From Adineta vaga (Eukaryota; Animalia; Rotifera), in contig CP075492.1 in assembly GCA_021613535.1 (NCBI GenBank), forward strand, positions 18,166,001-18,230,000: a stretch of 64,000 nt of DNA, read 5' to 3'. A program made the translations under genes and the position numbers. Positions 24,363 to 44,779 of this stretch are shown here, piece after piece. The notes under the pieces are model-generated. The model was not told the origin of the DNA. It made no database searches and worked only from the letters and a program-made list of their open reading frames with translations. Position 1 is the stretch's first letter. Every line of letters begins with the position of its first letter.

Positions 24363-26729
24363 TTAATTTCTTCGTAAGGCATCGAGTTTTTGTTGGTAAA
24401 ATCTCTTCAGACCTTCATTTTCCGTAGTCCGTATTAATTCTTTGAATCGATTATAAGACATTTTAGCAATACGACATCTGTCAGCAGCAAGATTTGATCG
24501 CGGTTGATCTGAATTAGAAAGAACATGTATTCTCAATGAGTCCTCGTCTCGTAACGTTTTGCCTAATATTCGACGAGCATGTGAGGTGGATGTTGAAGCA
24601 TCCCGCGTAAATGTCACATCATCATAGCAATGAATATTCCATTTGCACGTTAAGTACATACGATAGAAAAGCATGTTCATAATACGATGTCGACCATAAC
24701 GATCGGCATCTTCCAGTTCATTCCGTTCAACAATGTCAAGGTTATCTTCGATGACATCAGTTGTGGCTACCGCTTCTGTGCCAAGCCAGGACGCGCACAA
24801 CCAATTCATAGCAATATATATCTCAGCGTTTTCGATTTCGCCTTCGTTTCGATGTTTTTCGATCGGTTGGTCTTCTCCTTCGAGAGGGTCTCCTTCGCAT
24901 GGAATTAATTGTCGACTACTAAAACTGCCACCATTCATGGGGTGATAATCAAAGAATAGATTCCAAGGCGAATACATTTCGTGCATACCCTTAGACCAGG
25001 TGCCACGATAGTTACCTTCCTCAGAATTCAGACTAATCTCACTTTCTATCATGTCCAGACACATAAGGTTGATCAACCATGTTCTCACATTTCGAGCCGA
25101 TTCTGCAATGACTTTTGCATGTGTAAACAGGACGAAATCACGGTTAACATCGTCGTCCATATTGGAACCGCCTTCGTTTATTATAGTACGAAAATGCCTA
25201 GCATATTCTTTTGGCTTTCCTAATAGCACACGCGAATTGAAGATTCTGGCTTTTAAATCATTATAACTGTCTGGAGAGCCCTGTAGATGCAAATACAAAT
25301 CATCCGGATTGATTGTAATTGGCTGCTGGCCGCAACCAAGTTCTTTTTCAACTTTTTTTATATCTTTGATCGCTTTTTTTATAAATGAGTTTCTTAAATA
25401 GATAACGATGCTACTCATCGTTTGATGCGGTAATCCGAGCGTGGTTTCTTCTTCATATAGTCCGTCGAAATCACGAGCAAATTGAGCACTGATGAGTTTC
25501 ATTAGCGAAAGTATTTCTGATGCATGGATATAGACAGAAAATGGAACTTCGGAGATATTAGAAATACGTAAATATTGTCCTGGCTTATACCAACGTTTAT
25601 TCTCTGTCTCATAAGAAAGCATTTCACTGAGCCGTTGAAGCGTGGAAAGGGTGGAAGGTTCTCGCTCACGACGACGTTTGATAGGCTGCGCTCGCAGGAT
25701 CTTGATGGCATCTTGGACATTTGTATCACTCATTTTCCCAACCAGCTGTTCATAGTAGGTAATCACCCACGACAGCAATGGCTGTTGACATTCTCTTTGA
25801 AAGTGCAATGCCGTTAAGGCTATAAGAAACTGAATCGTCATGTAAGCGTCTCGATTTATAAGGATTTGTTCGTATTTTTCAATGATAGGTTTATTATCGT
25901 GATTCACTTCGTGTCCTTCTTCGAAGTATGCATATGTGAGTTTATAAATGAAGTAGGCTTCACAGACATCGAAGTAGTACTGGACAGTTTCTAAGTCCTT
26001 GTCGAAAACCTTCTTTTCAGAATCTGTAAGGCAGTCGAGTGTCAATACGGTTTGAAAAATAATAAGAATACACTTGTAATACCACCATATATGGTTAAGT
26101 TCAAAGATGGAGTCAGGGCCAGAGTTTCCATTTATCGTTTTGAACATATCTGATTGGGATGGTGATTTGTCTTGCAGCGGCAGGGATGCAATCACAGCAT
26201 AATCGCAGTAACGCATAGCATCGTCACTTGACAGGTTCGTTAGATTAGCGCGCATTTTCTCTCTCGATGCTAAAATGATTCCGTATAGTCCGTAGACGGA
26301 TTTATCACTTAGAATTGTCAAATCATTGGAATATTTTTGTCCTCTATTCTTGGCGTCAAGGCATAGGTAAGTCAACTCGTGTGGATCTTCATGAATAGCG
26401 TATGTTTTCAGAACGCTTGTCTGATACTCTCGTTTGGAGTCCACTTTCTGAGCAAGGTCATTTCCCAGGCGTCGAATTGTTCCAAAAAATCCCAACATAT
26501 CGAGCCACAGTTTTGCATTTTGACTTCTCACTTGCTGACAGTGTTTACTCCAGTTCTTTTTCCAAAGGGCGTCCAATACTTTTAGCACGTTATCTTGATC
26601 GTTGATGGACAAAGTAGATAGTACTTGCTTGATATCGGCAGCTTCCGCTTCTCGTATCTGATATTTTGCTGCAATTAATTCCGGCCATGTGGGACACCCG
26701 GATTTTGCTGTTGTCTGACTAGTGACCAT
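24363..26729 (-). CDS. Intronless 788-aa hypothetical protein
   Basis: Long uninterrupted ORF, visibly less AT-rich than its flanks. No family motif recognised. Confidence 0.8.
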   Translation of the reverse strand: MVTSQTTAKSGCPTWPELIAAKYQIREAEAADIKQVLSTLSINDQDNVLKVLDALWKKNWSKHCQQVRSQNAKLWLDMLGFFGTIRRLGNDLAQKVDSKREYQTSVLKTYAIHEDPHELTYLCLDAKNRGQKYSNDLTILSDKSVYGLYGIILASREKMRANLTNLSSDDAMRYCDYAVIASLPLQDKSPSQSDMFKTINGNSGPDSIFELNHIWWYYKCILIIFQTVLTLDCLTDSEKKVFDKDLETVQYYFDVCEAYFIYKLTYAYFEEGHEVNHDNKPIIEKYEQILINRDAYMTIQFLIALTALHFQRECQQPLLSWVITYYEQLVGKMSDTNVQDAIKILRAQPIKRRREREPSTLSTLQRLSEMLSYETENKRWYKPGQYLRISNISEVPFSVYIHASEILSLMKLISAQFARDFDGLYEEETTLGLPHQTMSSIVIYLRNSFIKKAIKDIKKVEKELGCGQQPITINPDDLYLHLQGSPDSYNDLKARIFNSRVLLGKPKEYARHFRTIINEGGSNMDDDVNRDFVLFTHAKVIAESARNVRTWLINLMCLDMIESEISLNSEEGNYRGTWSKGMHEMYSPWNLFFDYHPMNGGSFSSRQLIPCEGDPLEGEDQPIEKHRNEGEIENAEIYIAMNWLCASWLGTEAVATTDVIEDNLDIVERNELEDADRYGRHRIMNMLFYRMYLTCKWNIHCYDDVTFTRDASTSTSHARRILGKTLRDEDSLRIHVLSNSDQPRSNLAADRCRIAKMSYNRFKELIRTTENEGLKRFYQQKLDALRRN

Positions 26730-27417
26730 CGTATCCGTTTACGTTCTCGTAAAATAGAAAGTAAAAAATAATACCGAACTTAACTCAGTCACTTGTCTTG
26801 TGAAAACGGGTTTATTCTAAAATCTACAAAAGGAAAAAACTTTCCAAGAGAAATACCAAAACAGCATGGAAGATATAATGTGAGACAAACTATTAGCACT
26901 GGCTTCCTTAGGTTCTTCACAAAGAAATCGTTTGTACTTGATTTTCTATATAAGTCACTCCGCCGAGATAGAACGAAAAATTCAATCCATTTGTTCTGAC
27001 GACGCTGAGGAGAACACGACACATTTTGTTTGGTGGAGAGATCCCGAAGGACGAAGGAATCTCTTATGTGCACATACGTGTGGAAAAAAGCATTGTATAC
27101 GTTGCTGTTTACTCACATTATGCCATACTATATACACACACACACACACAACTTTTGTTGTGCACCGTAACGAGAGAACGAAAAAGAATTTATTTTCATT
27201 AGAAGAAGGGTAACGGTGAGAAGAGTCGAGAAGTCATACTCGATTTCGTCCTTTCTCGAGGGATTCTTCAGATGGCTTAGATCGAATTTCTAATGAGCGT
27301 ATGAGGATGCAGTTGGGTCGGTGTGGGTGTGGGCGTGACAAAGGGACATACCCACACCCACACCCACGTTTCGATGCATTTACATGGTTTGATTATGTTC
27401 TACCTATTTATCACAAT

Positions 27418-28697
27418 ATGCCTGATGTTCGTGCAAGAATTGGTAGTAAATATGTGAGCGAATGTTTGAAACAAAAACACGAGATGAATTTGAATCGACG
27501 AGCTATTCACTGTACCGATCGACATCCTGATGAAGAAAAAAATCAAATCATTTGTATAAAATCCAACTGTGGATATGATTGTCAGAAACTTCATGTGCCA
27601 CAGAGTTGTCGAGAAGTAGTGAATTTCATTCATGGAGGCAGAGGAATATGTAATCAATATTTCCAAGATACAACATGTACTGATTCATTCCAGATTGAAG
27701 GCGAACAATTCATACTTTGTTCTCGCCCTGAATCAACTCGTGATATTATTTTATTTCCTGGCAAGCATTATTCTAATGAAAATTTGGTTCAAACATCAAA
27801 AGTATGGAAAGCCATTATTCAGGTTGAACAATATTTATGTCATACTCTCTCACTAATTCGTCATAAACAAATTACTGACAATCCAATTGAATCGATTTAT
27901 TTTAACTTTGGTAGTTGGACAACTATGATGGCAAAAAACAAATTGACTAAAACCGCTCATGCTCATGTTCATTTGATTTTGACACCCGAAGCGATTGCAA
28001 CATTTACCACAGATATAAACCGCAGCAAATTTACAATTAGAGAAAGCTTACACATTTTAAATTTGACTGGTTGTTATCGAGATCCAATTGATTATGAATA
28101 CAGTGATGCAGTTACGTTGCAAAACAGTCGTTTATTATTCTATCATATCGAACAAACTGAAAGTAGTATTAGCGGCGGCGCCAGAATTTCCACTCAGGGT
28201 GGGCTAAGCCTATCCAAAAAATATTCAGGGTGGGCTCAACTATAGAAGTCGTGCATTTTTGTAATATAAAAATCAGTTTTTCGCAAAAATTTTTTAAAAT
28301 CAGGGTGGGCTCAGCCCACCCTACCCCACCCTTGGCGCCGCCACTAAGTAGTATTAGAAGTATAAGAGACAATATACAACATATGTCAGAAAAAACGGTG
28401 ACGAAAGACTTTATGATAGAATCAATGCAGCAGATGTTTGATAAATTAGTTCAACACTTTGAAAATAAGCAACCATCATCAACCATAACCGACACATTGA
28501 ATGAAAATCGATCTGAATCTGTATCAGAAGATGCAGATGATGCAATTTCAGCTCCGTAAATACCATCTGATACTACAAATACTACAATATCAGCAACACT
28601 ATCCAAAGGACAAAAGAAAAAGATTAAAAAAAGAAGAAAAGAAGAACAGTCACATTCAGCACAATCACAAAAGAAAAATCCAATGAAAAGAAAATAA
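27418..28697 (+). pseudogene. HIT-like (HAHVHL) protein with Cys/His-rich N-terminus, disrupted
   Basis: Removing the MITE plus one TSD (185 bp) restores QTESSIRSIRDNIQHM in frame. An in-frame TAA at 28557-59 is followed by an open Lys-rich tail to 28697. Confidence 0.7.
28170..28346. mobile_element. hAT-type MITE, 177 bp
   Basis: TIR TAG(C/T)GGCGGCGCCA. Perfect 8-bp TSD AGTAGTAT at 28162-69 and 28347-54. Internal CAGGGTGGGCT repeats. Confidence 0.93.
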
Positions 28698-28979
28698 TTT
28701 GCGAATATATAAAAAACGATGACATTACGATTTTGTAATCTTATATTAAGGTTGAAACTGAAATTTTTATTATGTACAATTTTTTTTCTAGAATAAAAAT
28801 AATATGATGCACCCAACAATACCGATGACGGTGTGGGTTTGGGTTAAATCGAATAAGTGACACCCACACTCTCAAACCCTTGGGAACATCACTTATGAAT
28901 TGCCCTATGTAATAATATTGAATTATGTGTACATTTTAGAAGGTTTATTTCAAGGCATTCAAAAAAAGTTTCGTTTAAA

Positions 28980-30970
28980 TTAATGACGTAATTCAAGTTG
29001 TACGTAAGGGCCGTTTTCACAACGTAGTAAAACTTCAAATGCAAGGTGTAAATCGTCAGCTGATTGACTCGTTTTGAGTTTAAATCGTTTCAGTATTGTT
29101 GCTAAAATAACTTTTACTTCTAACATTGCAAATCGTTGTCCAATACAATTTCTTGAACCAGCTGAAAACGGTACAAATGCATGTGGTGATCGACCATTAC
29201 TATTCTCTGGTAAAAATCTATCAGGGTCAAATCGATCAGGATCAGGAAAATGTTTTGGATCCCGATGAATATAATATATAAATATAAAAGCTGATGAGCC
29301 TTTTAAAACTTTATGTTCATCTATATATATATATATAGCAAATAAATGAAGTATTTCATTGAACAACAAATCAATTGACTTACGAAACATGAAATCTTCT
29401 TGTACTTCACGTGCAATAAATGGAACTGGAGGATATAAACGAAGACTTTCCTTTAGCACACATTCCAAATATTCTAACTCATTAAGATCTTCAATTGTAC
29501 ATGGCCGATCATAATCATTTCCAAATACTCGATCAATTTCTTCATGTAGTTTCTGTTGCACTTCCGGATATGATGCAATCGTAAAACAAGTAAAGTGTAT
29601 TGCTGCTGCTGCGTTATCATGTCCCTGAAATAGTTATTATTTTCTTATCAAATATATTCTTTAGACTTTATACTTCGAACATAAATGTGTCAACTTCTTC
29701 TTGAATATCAAGAAGAGTTAGTTGTTCATCATGCATTTGTTTAAGAAGTAAATCTAAACAAAAAATATCGTTTTTTGTCTACAGAATGAATAATAAACAG
29801 AAGAACTGTTACCAAGAAATGCAAGACGTTTTCCATCAATTCCATTTGCATGAAAATTTTGAGCACGATCATGAATGACTTTTTTTGTGAACTGATGAAC
29901 TATCTTTAAACATCGATTCTGTTCTCGACCTTCAGGTAATAAATTAAATAGAAAATCAGGCCACAACCATGGCATGCGTAGTCGTTTTATTAATATATCT
30001 GTCAATCTGAATTAAGTAGAAATATCTTTTTTCGAAAGATGAACTCTTTCATTATAAACGAAATTGGTTTACTTCAAAACAGCATTAACATATTCAGAAT
30101 TTCTTTGTTGTTGAGCACCTACTTTTAAATCCATTGTAGCTTCTAAATTATTCTCACAATTAACTTATGAAAGAAAATTCAGTAATAAATTCATACCACA
30201 AATAATATCAAGAGCACAAGCTGCAATATATGTATATAAATTAACTTCTTTGTTTGGTTTCAAAGAAGCTAAACGTTGAACTAAAATAGTTGCTTGTTCA
30301 TTGAATATATCAACAGAATGATTTAACAAATCTTTATCATGAAATGCAGGTGTTAAAATACGTCGGCGATCTTTCCATTTTGTTCCTTCACTACAAAAGA
30401 GTAGTATATTATTAAACGCTTTTGTTAGTTTCATAAATGTATAGTGAATTAATAGAAAACCTGAATACTTCCAAATCACTAGCTAACTAACCTTGTTAAT
30501 AGGCCAGTTCGAAGCCATGGTAGAAAATATCTATAATCTGATGATTTTGTAATATTTTTTGTACCAGAAAAAAAATGCTAATATAAATAAAAAAGAAGAT
30601 ATAATTATTTGTTAAGAAGAAAATAGATAACAAACTTCAAGTCCAATTGGATGGAAAAATGCAAGTAAAGGATACGTGCCAAGCCATATTGAAAATAAAT
30701 TTTCATTTCTTGCACGTTCATAGTATTCATTAAGTTTTTTCGTGAATTCTAAATAAAAACAAATATATGTATCATTAGTTCTATATGAAATTGTTTCTTA
30801 CTGTGCGAATCTAATGGTATAGTTAATAGATCTCCTAAAATAGGTAGTTTATTTGGTGAACATGGAATATTCTTGTAGGCTTTTGCTATTTGAATAGAGT
30901 GGATAATCCATTTTTGGAATGTAAGACAAATAAGAATAATAAAAATAATAAATAATAATAGAAATGACAT
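28980..30970 (-). CDS. Cytochrome P450, CYP4 clan (CYP4V/4C-like), multi-exon
   Basis: N-terminal TM anchor, WKDRRRILTPAFH, EEVDTFMFE|GHDNA, KESLRLYPPVP, FDPDRF and PFSAGSRNCIG. Confidence 0.95.
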
Positions 30971-31336
30971 AAATGTCCTTTTGATTTTTCTAAAATAAAA
31001 AAATATATTATAATGATCATATCATAATAGTAAAAAATGGGAAGGATGGGTGATAAAAAAAGATCAACACCCACACCCTCATGTATTATCTCTGTTTAAT
31101 TTGATTTCAGTTGAATACCGAAAAGTGATGCAAAAAATTTATGAAAAATTAACATCAGATTCGAATTCCTCGACCTGAATTAGCTTTCGTTCGAACTTTT
31201 GAAGAAGCAATCCTTTTTATTGGTTTTATTTTATTTTTCGACAAATCAGTGAAGTGCGGACATACACGCATAAGCAAGCAATCAAGCAGATAATTTATGT
31301 TTGTAAGACTCTTTACGAGAAAGGGAACACGATTGC

Positions 31337-31468
31337 CAGGGCTATCGCGAGATACTAAAGATTGGGGAGGAGACGAAAAAATTTTCAAAAATGGCGAGCA
31401 AAAAAAACAAAATTTTCGACAATTGTAAGGGATTCCTCGTCTTTCTTCCCCTGGCCGCGACAGCCCTG
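31337..31468. mobile_element. Degenerate hAT-type MITE, 132 bp
   Basis: TIR CAGGGCT(A/G)TCGCG. Flanks ACGATTGC and ACGATTAT form an imperfect (6/8) TSD. Confidence 0.75.
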
Positions 31469-31998
31469 ACGATTATGAACGATTATATAGAAAAAAGAAA
31501 CATGGCGTTTATCTATTCTTTCTTTGAGAGGGAAAGTCTGTAACTAACAAATAAGGTTTTTTCAATCGTACCTTATAGGAGAAGATGTTGTTGTTAACTG
31601 CGTTGTGAGTAAAATAACCTTTTTCTCATCTATATGTATGTGTCAGTGATTACTCTGAGAAAAAAAATAGTATTTCTCTCGAAAAAAATTAATGTATAGA
31701 CGAAAAGAAGAATAAATGACGCCGATTCGTTTTGTTTTAATACAGAAAGCAAAAATAGCGCTAAAACAATTTTGCATAGTTACTTTTTATATCCATAACA
31801 ACAGACATTAGTATGTGAAAGAAAAAAAAGAAATAAGGTTTATATACATCAACACTTACTTCTCATTCTTGCTGTCACATTTTCTAAGGTGTAATTACTA
31901 TGGTAGTAGAGAATATATCTTCATTCGCATTGTCACCACAAAATCATGTTAATGAAAATATGTAGGTGTGGGTGAGGGTGGATGGAAAGAAAAGATCA

Positions 31999-32050
31999 AC
32001 ACCCACACCCACACCCACCCACACCCACACCCACACCCACACCCACACCC
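31999..32050 (-). repeat. Interstitial (TGTGGG)n tract, ~8 units
   Basis: Near-perfect (CACACC)n run forming the expanded right arm of a hairpin copy. Confidence 0.9.
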
Positions 32051-32184
32051 AGTTCTCTTCTTTCTTGTTTTGCTGAAAATAGATCAAAGTACGTTATAAG
32101 ATAACAGAGGATGTAGGATATCGATTGAAAACTCTAAAAAATTTATTAATCAATTTGGATATGAAAAAAATAGAATGTTCATTT

Positions 32185-34566
32185 CTATTCGTGTTTTATA
32201 TGAAAACGTTTCGCTAAAGTTAAACAACTGCATATCGTCAAATAATGTCCTTCCATGCCTGCCAATTCACTAAACGAATACTTTTTATTTTGTTCTTGAT
32301 TTTTATGTAAATCATTTAATTCTTTACGTAATCTTTTAATATCGAATAAAAATTCCAATTGATTCATGTCTTGAGAATTTAATGTTTCATGAACATATTG
32401 ATACAGCTTTGATTTTGGATTTAATAATGTTGGTGGCGCAGTAAATGGATGTTTTTCTCGTTTATATATATCATTAGTAATATATGGTCGAGCAGCTTCT
32501 TTCAAAACATATTTTTCTGTTAAGACACTATTATTTAATTTTAATTTTATATTTGTTGGTAAACGATTAACGTAATCGACCAGATGATGATCAAGAAATG
32601 CTAGACGTCCTTCAACAGAATGTGCCATTTCTGATGTATCACCAAATGTTTTCAAAAGAATATTTTGAAACATAGTTTTGAGAAAAATATATTGACTTGA
32701 ATGAACACGTGATATTTCATAGTTAATCATTTGTTGTTTTATATGATAATCATAGAGATATGATTGATTGAAATAAACATTGTCTAAACAAAATTTTTTA
32801 TACTTTTCTTTGAGCTGTTGAGCAAAAATATCTGGCCAGGCTCCAAAAAATGAACGATAATGCGATGGAAAATAGCCAATTGATTGAATACAATCTAGCA
32901 TACGTTGTTTATCATCAAGAGCGGAGACACTACTAAAAATATTTGACGACAAAATTTTTATTATTTGTTGGCGCTCTTGTTCATTCTTTGAAATATGGGT
33001 CGATGAATCATTTGGAAGATCATGTAATAGATAATCATTACGAAAAAAAACATATCTAAAAGAAATTGAAAATGTTACTACTATATGAATTCTATTGATT
33101 AATATAACATACCCAGAAAATATTTCATCACTTCCTTCTCCTGTCAATACAACTTTTCCATTATTGTTTCGAACAAGTTTTGATAACATATATTTCCCTA
33201 CTGGACTAGTAGCTGCCAATGGATTTTCATAATGATACACACAATCTTCAAAATTTTCTGCTAATTGTTCATGTGTTATTTCTAAAATATGTGGCGTAGT
33301 TTTATTTGGGCCCAAAAATCTATTTGTATCCATACATAACTTTTGTTCATCAAAAAATGGATGATCTTTAAACGCAATTGAATATGTATCAATAGGTTTG
33401 TCAGTAAGTGTCGTTGCCATTCCTAATATTACAGATGAATCAATACCACCTGATAAATAAATACCAACTTTTACATCGGCTCGCATACGAAGACGAACTG
33501 CATTAAAAAGATGCTCACGCACACCATCGATCATTTCTTGTTCTGTACGTTTCTCATTTTTTTCTTCTTCTCGAGTTATATATGATATTTCATAATATTT
33601 TGATATGTTGACTGTACCATTTTCAGTAGCTACTAATAAATGACCTGGTGGTAGTTGATGAATATTTTTGTATATAGTTTGTAAACTATGATATTGTCCG
33701 ATATTGTAAATGACTTCTTCATTCCAAATAGCTGGAACACTAAGCATGAAGAAAAAAAGAACCTAAACAATAGTATCGATAAAACCTTTCGACTAATTTA
33801 TTAAAGGTTTTTTTTTTTCTAGTAAAATATGAATTCAATAGATTCTTTTTTGTGAAACTCTGCACAAGTGAAAGATCATACAATTTACCCAAAAGCAAAT
33901 AATGCTTTGATTTCAGATGCAAATAATAGTTTATTTTCATGATATGTATAATATAATGGTTTAATACCGAAACGATCTCGTACAGCAATAAATAACTATA
34001 ATATAGAACAAAAAAATATATATATATATTAAATATTCCTATGATAAACATACTTTTCGTTCTTCATCATACATTGTAATAGCAAATTCTCCTCGTAAAT
34101 GTTTTGGAAATTCTAAACCATATTTTCTATATAAATACATTGCAATTTCACTATCACTTTCACTTGTAAAATGATATTGATCGTTTTCAATAGCTTGTTT
34201 GCGTAAAAGATCATGATCATATAATTCACCATTCATTGATAAATGCAATTTTTTATCATAAGAATGTAATGGTTGTCGACCATGATCACTTAAATCAATT
34301 ATAGACAAACGTGCATGACCGAGACCAACTGTTTTCTCTTCATTTTGCCATAACGATGGCGGTCCATCTGGCCCACGATGTTTTAAAACATTCAAACTAT
34401 TTAATAACAGCTGTTTATCTTCGCTAGAACGAATATTAACAGATGGTGAATTGTAAATATAAGACACAACACCACAACGCAATTGAGATGTCATATGAAA
34501 TTTACGATGTACTACATTTAAGAATCTTTGTTTAACATATATTAGATTTAGTGTATTTCGAAACAT
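32185..34566 (-). CDS. asnB: Asparagine synthase (glutamine-hydrolysing) AsnB-family amidotransferase, bacterial/fungal type, with N-terminal presequence
   Basis: CG at residue 31, HRGPD, LGHARLSIIDL, NGELY, SDSE, RDRFGIKPLYY, FASEIKAL, YLSGGIDSS, VVLTGEGSDEIFSGY, MAHSVEGRLAFLDH and EKYVLKEA. Three GT-AG introns. Confidence 0.92.
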
Positions 34567-34598
34567 CTAAAAATCAACGTAGGTAAAGTTAGCACCCT

Positions 34599-34921
34599 AT
34601 TTGAGAACTTGAGTAGAGCGTCGAAACACTTGTGTTAGGTGAGGATGAGGGTGAAGAATAATTATAATACCAAAACCAACACCCTTACGAACTACTGACT
34701 AAACCACTCATTATTCTAGGTGAGATCCGCAGTTTTCGATCAATGATCTCCATCAAAAACCATATCATTCGATAGAGAATCAAATTCTGTATCGAATGAA
34801 TCAACTTTCAGGCATAACACATGTACTCGAGCGAATCTGGACAAAAACTACTTTAAATAGTTAGATAGAACTATTGGAAAAAATAGTATTTTAATTCTGC
34901 GCCTAACACAAGTTCTCAAAT
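34599..34921. mobile_element. Probable old MITE filling most of the FAS-asnB intergenic gap
   Basis: Inverted repeat ATTTGAGAACTTG (34599) / CAAGTTCTCAAAT (ending 34921). Internal CATTCGATA...TATCGAATG palindrome. No clear TSD. Confidence 0.55.
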
Positions 34922-35035
34922 GAATACGAACAAGTAAATAAACTATGTGAGCTGAACGTTTAAATTGATTTATTATGTGTTTTTGTTTATCATCACCGAA
35001 ATAAATAAAAACCACTGCACGTTCGTCATTAACTG

Positions 35036-43078
<8,043 letters not shown>

Positions 43079-43533
43079 CTTTATAAATCAATCTGCAAAA
43101 ATAAAAATGAAAAAAAAAACAGAAAATGTGTTGACATGTATAGGTATTATTTTTCTTTCTTTTTGCATTCTGGCCAATTCTGCTTTTCGTTGTCTCTCGG
43201 AGACAAAAATAAGAAAGGGAAAAAAGCGGATTGTGGATCCTCTGTATCCTCATTCCATTCTCGGCCAGATGAAAGCCCGTGAAAAGCTGGATCTAGAAGT
43301 ATAGTCATCATTTCGATAGATAAGATTACCGTTTGAAATTGCGAATATAAAAGAAAATCCGTACACATACTCAATCGTCAAAATCCCGCACATTTTTTTT
43401 CATTTTGTCCTATCTTCCTTTCTACTATTTTTCTTTCTTTTTCCCGTAAAAGTATTTGGTGTTCTGTTATATGGGCCATATAAAGTGTGGATTATTCTTT
43501 TCTTTCATTCATTCTTGTATCTCAGTATGTAGC

Positions 43534-44165
43534 ATGGTTGGAGTTATCGGAGACAACGAAGAACAATAACGTGTGATAGACCGAATTCGAGTGAACGCCT
43601 ATCGCGGAACGATGGAAGAAGGTGCAACGTTCATCGATCGAAAGTGGATCGCTCAACAATACAACGATACCGTGTTAAACAAAATCTAAAGGCTTTTCAT
43701 GTGATCCCAAAACCAATGAAGTCAGCGATAAACATTGAAGATCGGCTATGGTTTCGCGATTATTTCGATCAGTGGGGTGAATATGACTTTATCCATCTTG
43801 CTCCAATTGATGAATTCTTCGTTTGAACTATTCGTCGACCCAGTTATCAAAACGATAGAGTATGTTCGCTTTCTCTGGAAGATGCCCAGGATGATGGTGC
43901 ATCATGGAATGGAGCGCATTATCGTCAGTTCATTTAGGCGAAAAATGTGATTCCATTTCTTGCTGATCTCAGAAATGTATTAGATCCGTCGGAAGTAGTT
44001 TATCTGCATGAGAATGCTCCATGTCACAAAGCAAACGTCACTCACGCATTACCGAAAGATTCCAAGATTGATTTCTTTGACCGGACACAATCGCCAGGAA
44101 ATTCTCCTGCTTTTAACGTAGCAGAAGATATTGGATTAATCCTGATGGACAAAGAATTATATTGA
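43534..44165 (+). pseudogene. Degenerate Tc1/IS630-type transposase remnant
   Basis: Fragments IDEFFV, QNDRV, HENAPCHKA and PGNSPAFNVAE, with stops, frameshifts and deletions. Confidence 0.8.
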
Positions 44166-44779
44166 TATTTATCTTGCTACAAATTACTTTTCTTTTAAAT
44201 GAAATGAATTTGCCACAAAATCATATTCCTCTTTATATGGTATCTCCATCGTATCCTCCGTATTCCATCATAATCAACATCATCCACAACCGAAATAACG
44301 ACAATATCTTGCGCGGTAGCAGAAAAGAAAGTAAACATTCGGGGAAAGAATGATGTTTACTTCTGATTCTCAATCGACGAAAAAGTTTAGTTTATCTAAG
44401 GATATTTTAAAACAATTGTGCAGATGCAAAAAAAACAATTTTGAAAGAACAACAATCACATAAAATAAGTGCCCAATTGTTCTTTTGTTTGCTCATTTCA
44501 AGGTTGCTAACAAGCTTTTTGTGTTGATTTGTTTTTCGTTTTTGTCCGAAACAACATGTTTTAATGGTAACAGTACAGTTTGTCCTTGAATCTTAACAAA
44601 CAATGCAAACATTCTGCGTCGCCGAAAAATCAGAAAAACTAAGTCACTGTCCATATAGATAGAAGTGTAATTTTTGTCTTGTTAATCATACAACTATTAT
44701 TAAAAATTCCATTCTGCTTCTTCAAATCCACACCCCACAAATAAATAGATTTTTATTTCAAAGTAAAGAATAGAAAGAA

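Noticed and set aside
22969-26605. Short antisense and alternative-frame ORFs overlapping the FG-GAP exon and the 788-aa ORF (also many elsewhere in the track)
   Set aside because: Shadow ORFs of real coding sequence with no motifs.
27301-27417. N-terminal extension MRMQLGRCGCG...PHPHP of the HIT ORF (similar GCGC/PTPT peptides at 9181 and 23949)
   Set aside because: These are translations of the hairpin repeat, not protein.
28162-28357. MITE acting as a self-removing intron (introner)
   Set aside because: GT/AG pairs in the TSDs remove 186-195 bp in multiples of 3, while the insertion is 185 bp, so the frame is not restored. Only a weak internal donor would work.
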